From: a candidate division WWE3 bacterium RIFCSPHIGHO2_01_FULL_40_23
GTDB lineage: Bacteria; Patescibacteriota; WWE3; UBA101185; 2-01-FULL-41-18
Reading direction: 5' to 3'
Assembly (NCBI GenBank): GCA_001772615.1
Contig: MEUZ01000001.1
Span: 1-54,622, forward strand
Length of the DNA: 54,622 bases
Within the stretch, counting starts at the first letter, position 1. Each line of letters begins with the position of its first letter. The notes below the pieces were generated by a model, which saw only the letters and a list, made by a program, of their open reading frames with translations, was not told where the DNA came from and made no database searches. This document shows positions 45,514 through 52,670 of the stretch, piece after piece. A program made the position numbers and the translations under genes.

Positions 45514-45619
45514 TTTTTTCCTCCATGGAGATTAATGGTTTCAATACGCGAATCCACAAGGGCTAAACCCTTATGAATCATCCCGTTCTCTGTAACATAT
45601 TTTCAAAGTTCTTTATTGA

Positions 45620-45663
45620 GATCCCTGCTTTCCCGCCAGGAGGCGGACAGGCGCAGGGATGAC
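45620..45663. repeat. REP-like hairpin with nested insert
   Basis: GATCCCTGCTTT[CCCGCCAGGAGGCGGACAGG]CGCAGGGATGAC. Confidence 0.85.
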
Positions 45664-45875
45664 AAAGAGTAGCTCTTTTAGAACCTGTTTCATCTTCCGT
45701 GGTTTTTACTGCACCCTACCCCTATTTGTAACAAAAGTAATCAATGGGCATCATGCAGCTGACAGAGGATGAAACCGGATCTAAAATACCAAAAAAGAGC
45801 GATCGCCCTGTATCGAAATATACGCGGAGATAGCCCTTTATTTAACTCTCTCCTCTATTTCAAATTGCAAGGCAG

Positions 45876-45913
45876 AGTATACCTGAATTTCCCCTCAGTG
45901 TCAAGCCTATAGG
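45876..45913 (-). promoter_or_regulatory. sigma70 promoter with CCTATAGG
   Basis: CCTATAG-gc-TTGACA-17-TATACT. Confidence 0.7.
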
Positions 45914-46090
45914 AGTTGCTATGAGGGTCTTGCCTTAGCGATTAATGCCACGAATTTCTTCGTAAATTGAGCTTTTTAAGTTTTTCGAGGGGTGGGGGGA
46001 AGAAATAACTTAGCTCATGCACTCTAAGCGATGCCTAAACAGAAGCCTCTATAGTCATTCCCAACTATGTTGTCATTCCTTTTCTACTTT

Positions 46091-46187
46091 GTCATTCTGG
46101 CGCCAGGTCCTCCTATAGTGGGAAAGCCAGAATCTAAAGTAGATCCCGGATCATGTGCCTGCTTACAGCAGGCAGGTCCGGGATGAC
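46091..46187. repeat. Two REP-like hairpins, each with a nested insert
   Basis: GTCATTCTGGCG[20 nt]AAAGCCAGAATCT and GATCCCGGATCATG[21 nt]TCCGGGATGAC. Confidence 0.85.
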
Positions 46188-46299
46188 AAGTTCTCTACTA
46201 CCAAGTTAACGCTCCAAAAAGAATGAGAATGCTTAAAAGTCAAAACAAAACTCCCGTAAACTCAAAACCGCTAAAGCCTCTAGGATTAAGTTACTTACT

Positions 46300-46692
46300 T
46301 TAAGCCTCAATCTTAAAAATCTTCAGCCCCTTTACCCTTTTGAAATGCGATGTATTCCTTGTGACCAGAATTAAGTTGCGGGCCTTGCAGGACGCCGCAA
46401 TCAAGATATCAAAATTGTCAATAAGCTTTCCCGCTTTCCTTAACCCGCTCCTTATCTTCGCAAACTCCTGCGTCACCTCCAGATCCACATTCACAATGGA
46501 AAAATTACCAAGAAACCCCTCAAACTCGGAAAGCTTCTTTTTATCCCTCAAAGTATATATACCCTCAAGTATCTCCCCTATACAAATAATGCTTGTGTAC
46601 AGAGGTTTATCCTTTAGGTTTTGAAACAGCTTAACGGAGTAGCCGACTCCCTTTAAAAAGTCAATAAGACAGTCTGAATCTATTAAGTACAT
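46300..46692 (-). CDS. vapC: VapC-type PIN toxin
   Basis: YLIDSD.LID...S.I..GE...G...I..FD.LIAA......LVTRN..HF. Confidence 0.95.
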   Translation of the reverse strand: MYLIDSDCLIDFLKGVGYSVKLFQNLKDKPLYTSIICIGEILEGIYTLRDKKKLSEFEGFLGNFSIVNVDLEVTQEFAKIRSGLRKAGKLIDNFDILIAASCKARNLILVTRNTSHFKRVKGLKIFKIEA

Positions 46693-46698
46693 AACCGA

Positions 46699-46965
46699 TT
46701 AAGGTTGTTTTCTTGTTCCCTGATCTTTTCTTGAGGAATAAATTTCATCTTTTAGTTTTTTAGAGTTTAGATCTTTCCAGATTCCCGCAAATCTTAAAAT
46801 ATTACTGACATCATCCTCTGGCCCACTAATCTTAGCTACATCTATCCCCGACTTCTTAACAACAAATTTCTCTTTTTTAAGATAAACCCTTGAAAGTATT
46901 TCAAAAAGTCTGCTTCTCATTTCACTGGCGTTTATGGGTATATATCCACCTGAAGTAGCATTCAT
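46699..46965 (-). CDS. Phd/YefM-like antitoxin
   Basis: INASE.R..L.EIL..V......V.K.G..VA.I; directly upstream of vapC. Confidence 0.85.
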   Translation of the reverse strand: MNATSGGYIPINASEMRSRLFEILSRVYLKKEKFVVKKSGIDVAKISGPEDDVSNILRFAGIWKDLNSKKLKDEIYSSRKDQGTRKQP

Positions 46966-47079
46966 AAATAGTATTGTACAATAATGTACATCCAAAGACA
47001 ATTATGAACATAAAAACCCCGCCGGCTTAAAAAGCAAGCGGGGTTTGAGCTTGATCGCAAATTACTTGCTCACCTTTTC

Positions 47080-47481
47080 CTATTGGTCAGACAACCCAAC
47101 ACCAATACCAAAAAGAGAAACAAAGACGGACACCAGCTGGCATATAAGTCCTGCTCCCATCAGGAACAGGAAAATGTCCATATAGCCGGTGGTTGCAATC
47201 TTAGGGGCAGCAAACAGTATTGTAAAACCGAAAAGGTAAAAACACACGGCCGTTACCCGATACAAAAGCCCGGGTGTCCATCCTGCGGACACGAGGGTGA
47301 CCAGAACCAGAGCTTGCGGAAGAAGGATGACCACTGCACCGGTCAGGTTCACCCAAAACACGAACTCGCCAGCACCGGTTAAGTCACCCGTGAATGCTGG
47401 GTAGATTGAAATCGCGAGTATCAATAGCCACACACCAATCCATACTGCCCATGCCGAAACAAAACCCTTCAAAGTCTTCAT
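47080..47481 (-). CDS. 4-TM membrane protein
   Basis: AAAGGAG SD; four hydrophobic helices. Confidence 0.75.
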   Translation of the reverse strand: MKTLKGFVSAWAVWIGVWLLILAISIYPAFTGDLTGAGEFVFWVNLTGAVVILLPQALVLVTLVSAGWTPGLLYRVTAVCFYLFGFTILFAAPKIATTGYMDIFLFLMGAGLICQLVSVFVSLFGIGVGLSDQ

Positions 47482-47508
47482 CTCTCTACTCTCCTTTTTG
47501 TTTGTAAC

Positions 47509-47588
47509 CCTGAACCTGACTGCCCTGACTGCCGGCAGGCAGGTTTAATTCAGGATCTAGTTGAGATTCCCACTTTCGTGGGAATGAC
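47509..47588. repeat. REP-like cluster
   Basis: ...CTGCCGGCAGGCAGG insert in a CCTGAA/TTCAGG hairpin; GATTCCCACTTTCGTGGGAATGAC. Confidence 0.8.
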
Positions 47589-47604
47589 ACTTGCTTATTC
47601 TAAC

Positions 47605-47857
47605 AAAAAAGCCTCTTATGATCTCTTATGGAGTTGGTGGCCTGCCCTCCCACCAACTCCGTAAAAGCCCACAAGAGGCCAAATACACAGTGTAGCAATC
47701 AATGAATATTGACTGCTACAAACTATTGTACTATTTTAAATGCAGTCTTATTGCACTTTGCCTGTCCTAAAGTGCGGACTTTATACACCTAAACGCTCTA
47801 CTAGACGCGCATTAGTCGCTCCCATGTGGAGCGTTTTTTAATGGTTTCGTAGATCGG
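47605..47857 (-). ncRNA. Candidate sRNA or regulatory leader (~250 nt)
   Basis: Promoter TTGACA-17-TATTAT (47865-47893), several hairpins, a 69-nt terminal hairpin plus T6. Confidence 0.45.
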
Positions 47858-48037
47858 TTGTTAAATAATAACACCCGCGTCAATCCGTGTCAACCCATAG
47901 TTGAATTTTAATAGAAAATTGATGTGGCCTATAATAACAAATGGACATTTAAGTCCGTGATGGCAACATAAAAGTGTTCTAGATTGTCGTTGTGGATAAC
48001 TATGTGAACTTTGGGATGAAGCTAAAGATATTTAGCT

Positions 48038-49399
48038 TCAGCTTGTGGAATTTAACTCATTCAAAAGTTTTCCAGTTTCAGTTTCAGCGGCTTCAAACCC
48101 CGTCACCTCATACCCGAACTCTTTCAAAAGAGACGCAAACTCGGAATCATCAGAAAGTTTTGCGGCAAGCTCCTCTTCCCTCTTTTTTGGATCGGCACTC
48201 CCATATCTTTGCTCCATTCTTCTGTATCTTTCCGCGCTCACCTCGGCGTTTTCATCAAATTTGGTATACTCCCCTCTAAAGTAACTAACAAGCTCCCCCG
48301 CCTTTTCATGAGGCGTCATATATCTAACCCCATCTTTTTCATATCCGTTAAAAATAACGCTTCTTTTCAAAATCGCCTCAAATTCCGCCTTCTGATGCAA
48401 AACAAAGCCCTCTTGCGTCCTTGCAAAGCCCAGAATCTTTCTTGCTATAGCGATGCGGTCCTCAATCGGAACTCCTAATATGCCACCTTCAATCTGTCTT
48501 CTTACACCCAAGTTGATTTCTCTAAATTCAGCATCCCCTGTCGGATAGAAGCCGGCAAAATCCCTTGCCCCGCAAGGTCCCCTTAAATCGCGGTTCGCTA
48601 TCACAATTTCATCAATCGTTGACCATTCATTAAGATAAGGCTGGTGAACTCTTAAAGCTTTTCGCCCGTCAGGAAGCGTTGCCTCAAAATCAAAATTTGG
48701 TAAGGTCACAGCTACACGGTGAGCGACATCTTCAAAACTGGCCTCAATAGCAGGCTTATAAAGAGGTTCTCCTTTCTCATTCTCCCCCACCTTGATCACA
48801 AACTTCTGAATTACCTTCCAGGTATACACGGCGCTTGCAAACTCATTCCCGGGATTTTCAAGATCTTTCGGGTCGGAAACGGCAGAAAGCTCAATATCCG
48901 AAACATCAAATTGCGACAAGTTCCAGGTAAACATTGTTTCAAAACCCGCTTCAATGACCCCGCCTTCTTTAAGAGTTACGTTTCCACTCAAGTCATCCGG
49001 CCACATTCCTCTAATTCTTGCTCTCACCCCCTTTTTTATAACTGACCTTTCAATGCTGTCATGGCCTAGAGAGATAAATTCATCCAAAGTTATATTTGCC
49101 GGACCGACAAGATCCGGGGAAATCCTTTGAATTGCCTCCAAGTCGGAAACCACGTCTGCGGCAAGCTGGTAAGAGTGTTCGGGCTTATGCATTTCAAGAG
49201 GATTTTCACCTTCGGGACCGTAGCTTGTCTCAAGAAAAGCCTTAAGAGATACTATTATCCGAGTTTTGGCCTCCCCCTCATTTTCTACAATAACCATTGA
49301 TTCATCAAACGGTAGACCTTCTTTTGGGCGAAGGAGCCCGAAATAATCGCGGTAATTGGTGTCGGCTATTCCTGTTGGTTTATCATTCTCATCTGGCAT
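48038..49399 (-). CDS. HD-superfamily-like hypothetical protein
   Basis: H.PEHS...GHD motifs typical of HD folds. Confidence 0.55.
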   Translation of the reverse strand: MPDENDKPTGIADTNYRDYFGLLRPKEGLPFDESMVIVENEGEAKTRIIVSLKAFLETSYGPEGENPLEMHKPEHSYQLAADVVSDLEAIQRISPDLVGPANITLDEFISLGHDSIERSVIKKGVRARIRGMWPDDLSGNVTLKEGGVIEAGFETMFTWNLSQFDVSDIELSAVSDPKDLENPGNEFASAVYTWKVIQKFVIKVGENEKGEPLYKPAIEASFEDVAHRVAVTLPNFDFEATLPDGRKALRVHQPYLNEWSTIDEIVIANRDLRGPCGARDFAGFYPTGDAEFREINLGVRRQIEGGILGVPIEDRIAIARKILGFARTQEGFVLHQKAEFEAILKRSVIFNGYEKDGVRYMTPHEKAGELVSYFRGEYTKFDENAEVSAERYRRMEQRYGSADPKKREEELAAKLSDDSEFASLLKEFGYEVTGFEAAETETGKLLNELNSTS

Positions 49400-49448
49400 A
49401 ATAAAAAACCGCCTTGATCACAAGCGAATGATCAAAGCGGTTGAACTT

Positions 49449-49688
49449 CTAGCCCGGGGGAAGCGTATACTCGGAAGTAACATCTTTATCTTCCTCCGCA
49501 GCAAAATAAATTATTTCACGAATCCCTCTAACACCAGTTTGGAGCAGGGCCTGCACGTGCTCTTCGCAGACCTCGTATGTAACCTTATCCGTAACAACTT
49601 TATGGGTTGCAGGGTTGTTACATGTGTGGTGGCCCCACTGGCAGGTTTGGGGCGAACTTGCATGGGCGGTTGAAGTGGCAGACGGCAT
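49449..49688 (-). CDS. Small putative Zn-binding protein
   Basis: GGAGG SD; C-x5-C...C-x2-H; own terminator at 49403-49442. Confidence 0.6.
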   Translation of the reverse strand: MPSATSTAHASSPQTCQWGHHTCNNPATHKVVTDKVTYEVCEEHVQALLQTGVRGIREIIYFAAEEDKDVTSEYTLPPG

Positions 49689-49769
49689 TGAATCCTCCAA
49701 TCTTTAAACTTGGGTCAATACTATCATAACTTTTTAAACATGGATAATGGGCTGAAAGCGCCAGAAATA

Positions 49770-50690
49770 CTAACTTTTTTTCGCGAAAATCATTTTGCCC
49801 GCGGGAGTTTGAAGTATTCGTGAAACTATCACTTCGGCTTCTTTTCCTATCAAATCAGATCCGCCTTCAACGACAATCATAGTCCCATCCGGAAGATACC
49901 CTACTCCCTGGCTCGCGTCTTTACCAAGCTGAACTATTTTCATTTTTAAAGGTTCGCCGGGAAGAACAACCGCTTTTATCGCGTTTGAAAGTTCATTCAC
50001 GTTTAAAACTTTCACACCCGATAACGACGCCACTTTGTTAAGATTGTAATCAACAGTAGCAAGCTTTGAGCCCGTGCTTTTGGCAACCTTCACTAAAATT
50101 TTGTCCACCTCTTTGCTTTTATTGCCATCAAACTCTTCCTCTCTTTCCAAAATCACCACCTTTGCAACTCTTTTCAGGTCTTTGAGTATATCAAGTCCTC
50201 GTCTTCCCCTTTGTCTTTTTAGTACGTCACTGCTGTCTGATATAAGCTGAAGTTCGTCTATCACGGCTTGCGGAACCAGAAGGGTTGTATCCAAAAAACC
50301 AGCTTTTACTATATCTATAACCCTTCCGTCAATTACAACCGAGGTGTCAAGCACAACCGCTTTATCATATTCTCTTTCTTTTTGGGCTTCCTCCTCTTTT
50401 CTCTTTTTCGCATCCTGCATTTTTCTTGACTGCGCCTCCCAGAAATCCGAAACGGCTTTCATCGCGGTTTTTGCTATAACGGTCTCAAACCATTCAACTA
50501 TGGCGGAAGTGAGTACAGGAAGGACTAAAACGGCAAAAGCCCCGAATGCAAAGGCAAAGAGAGTCTGTCCGAAAAACGGAACTCCAAAAAGAGGATTTTT
50601 TGAAAAATACACGCTGTGGGAAACGAAAAAGCCCAGGATGGTTAAAAGGACGCCGATTACAAATTTGATAACGTTTCTTGATAATTCCAT
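49770..50690 (-). CDS. yacL: Membrane PIN/TRAM domain protein (YacL-like)
   Basis: LDTS..IDGR...V..ELQ...DS.D..KR.RGRRGLD.L...T.D.NLNKVA; GVGYL.DGTM.VVE. Confidence 0.93.
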   Translation of the reverse strand: MELSRNVIKFVIGVLLTILGFFVSHSVYFSKNPLFGVPFFGQTLFAFAFGAFAVLVLPVLTSAIVEWFETVIAKTAMKAVSDFWEAQSRKMQDAKKRKEEEAQKEREYDKAVVLDTSVVIDGRVIDIVKAGFLDTTLLVPQAVIDELQLISDSSDVLKRQRGRRGLDILKDLKRVAKVVILEREEEFDGNKSKEVDKILVKVAKSTGSKLATVDYNLNKVASLSGVKVLNVNELSNAIKAVVLPGEPLKMKIVQLGKDASQGVGYLPDGTMIVVEGGSDLIGKEAEVIVSRILQTPAGKMIFAKKS

Positions 50691-50801
50691 AGATAAAACC
50701 GTGTAAATACTAAAGTTAGTTTAGCATAAAAGGTCAATAAAAGTTTAATGTATCCGCACTACGGAGACGTAAATGAGTCTATTTTTTAATTTCCAGCTAA
50801 A

Positions 50802-52136
50802 CTAAACTAGCTTTAAAGCCCCGTTAACGGACTTAACTTCAAGCGGGCTGATTATTTTTGTAAAACCTAACTTTTTTGCCTCCTTTACTCTGTTTTGCAT
50901 AAACGGGACTTTCCTCACCTCGCCCGAAAGCCCCACTTCCCCAAATACTACAGCTTTAGTATTTAATGGCTTGCCTGTGAGTGAAGAATATATCGCAAGA
51001 CAAATTGCAAGATCGCAGGAGTTCTCAATTATCTTCATTCCTCCCGCAACATTTACATAAACATCCTCATTTGAAAGTTTTAAACCGCATCTTTTTTCTA
51101 AAACGGCGACAAGAACCGAAAGGCGGTTAACATTAAACCCGCTTGCCGTTCTTTTGGGATAGCCAAAACTTGTCGGAGTTGTTAAAGCCTGCACTTCAAA
51201 TAAAATCGGTCTGTACCCTTCCATAACAACTGTGACGCATGACCCGGGCGCGGATTTCATACGCTCCTCAAGAAATAAATCGGAAGGATTTTTAACTTCA
51301 GTCATCCCGGCTTCGCCCATTTCAAAAATTCCAACCTCGGAAACCGGACCGAATCTATTCTTGGAAGTTCTTAAAAGCCTGAATAAATGCTGTTCGTCGC
51401 CTTCTATGTATAAAACTGTATCAACTAAGTGTTCAAGAACTTTTGGACCTGCAATACTCCCCTCTTTTGTTATATGCCCAACAAGAACCATGGGAATTCC
51501 AAACTCCTTGGCGGTATTTGAAAGTCTTAACGCGCTCTCTCGGACTTGGCCCACGGAACCCGCCGTGCCGGTAAGCTCTGCTGTCGTTAAAGTCTGGATA
51601 GAATCAACGATTACCAAAGCCGGGCCAGGCAGATCCCTCGCAGGAGATGGCCCTTTAAGAAATTCGGTTATTGAGTCAACATTAGTTTCAGAGAGCATTG
51701 TAAGATGAGTACCTTTAATACTTAATCTGTCGGCGCGAAGCTTAATCTGCTGGGGACTCTCCTCACCGGAAATGTACAAAACTTCTTTATCCTTAACTTT
51801 CAGCTTGTCCGCAATCTGAATTAACAGTGTACTCTTTCCAATACCCGGCTCCCCAGCAAGTAAAACTACCTGCCCTGGAACAAAACCTCCTCCTAAAACA
51901 CGGTCAAACTCCCCAATCCCCGAGGACACCCTAGAATCAGCTTTAATAGAAACCTCACTAAGCTTTTTTATGCTACTTGCCTTCGGAGGAACTTTCACGG
52001 AATATTTTCTGGAACTTACGGGCGCTACAAGGGTCTCAACAAATGTATTCCATTTAGAGCACCTTGGGCACTGCCCAACCCATTTAGGAGATTCAAATGA
52101 GCAATTCTGGCAAACAAATGTAGTTTTTTGTGGCAT
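50802..52136 (-). CDS. radA: DNA repair protein RadA/Sms
   Basis: CQNC...KW.GQCPRC, GEPGIGKSTLL, KNRFG. Confidence 0.98.
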   Translation of the reverse strand: MPQKTTFVCQNCSFESPKWVGQCPRCSKWNTFVETLVAPVSSRKYSVKVPPKASSIKKLSEVSIKADSRVSSGIGEFDRVLGGGFVPGQVVLLAGEPGIGKSTLLIQIADKLKVKDKEVLYISGEESPQQIKLRADRLSIKGTHLTMLSETNVDSITEFLKGPSPARDLPGPALVIVDSIQTLTTAELTGTAGSVGQVRESALRLSNTAKEFGIPMVLVGHITKEGSIAGPKVLEHLVDTVLYIEGDEQHLFRLLRTSKNRFGPVSEVGIFEMGEAGMTEVKNPSDLFLEERMKSAPGSCVTVVMEGYRPILFEVQALTTPTSFGYPKRTASGFNVNRLSVLVAVLEKRCGLKLSNEDVYVNVAGGMKIIENSCDLAICLAIYSSLTGKPLNTKAVVFGEVGLSGEVRKVPFMQNRVKEAKKLGFTKIISPLEVKSVNGALKLV

Positions 52137-52289
52137 AAAATATCGGTTTTACATTACCACACATACGAACTACAATACAATACAAATTTTGCCTTCTGCT
52201 TTTTTTGTTCCATTACTTAACCCATAAGCATTTTACAATTTAGAAAATCTAAACTAGAATCCAGATTAAAACCAGAAAGGAGAAGTAAG

Positions 52290-52613
52290 ATGGGTGCTTT
52301 CATATTCAGAGCCCAACACTGGGCTGTAATAAAAGTGCCCGGAGGAAAATGGGGCCTTAAGGATGGCATAGATCTCCAGCTGGGACAAGGAGAAAGACTC
52401 CACCTTGTTCCAACAACGGAGCCGGCCAGGGTTGCCTTCCAATCCGCCCTTGATGCTTTGGGTCAAGCGGGAACCGTTCGGTTTGAGGAGGGTGTGTATC
52501 AAGACAATCCGTCACTTCCCTTGATGCGAGCCATCAGACTTGGGGAAGAAACCTCCGAAGACGATGCGGCCAGGGCTTGCAAGCTCATCAGCCGAATGAT
52601 GGAGGAGGAATAA
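52290..52613 (+). CDS. Hypothetical protein inserted between clpC and radA
   Basis: AAAGGAGAAG SD; 11-bp terminator stem at 52636-52670. Confidence 0.7.
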   Translation: MGAFIFRAQHWAVIKVPGGKWGLKDGIDLQLGQGERLHLVPTTEPARVAFQSALDALGQAGTVRFEEGVYQDNPSLPLMRAIRLGEETSEDDAARACKLISRMMEEE

Positions 52614-52670
52614 ATTCACCCAATTTTCGGCTAACAAATTGAGAGTTTTCACCTACGAGACTCTCAATTT

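Noticed and set aside
43625-45576. Long plus-strand ORFs 43625-44632 and 45010-45576
   Set aside because: Antisense shadows of high-GC genes; the minus-strand ORFs have SDs, TM segments and terminators.
45690-45870. Hairpins between the 45876 promoter and the 45513 gene
   Set aside because: A terminator-like stem and an 8-bp GTTTCATC/GATGAAAC stem are present, but pairing is too loose to call an RNA without homologs.
4087-47588. Repeated hairpins as a CRISPR array or integron attC sites
   Set aside because: Not regularly spaced, no unique spacers, no cas or intI genes, and no RYYYAAC/GTTRRRY cores.
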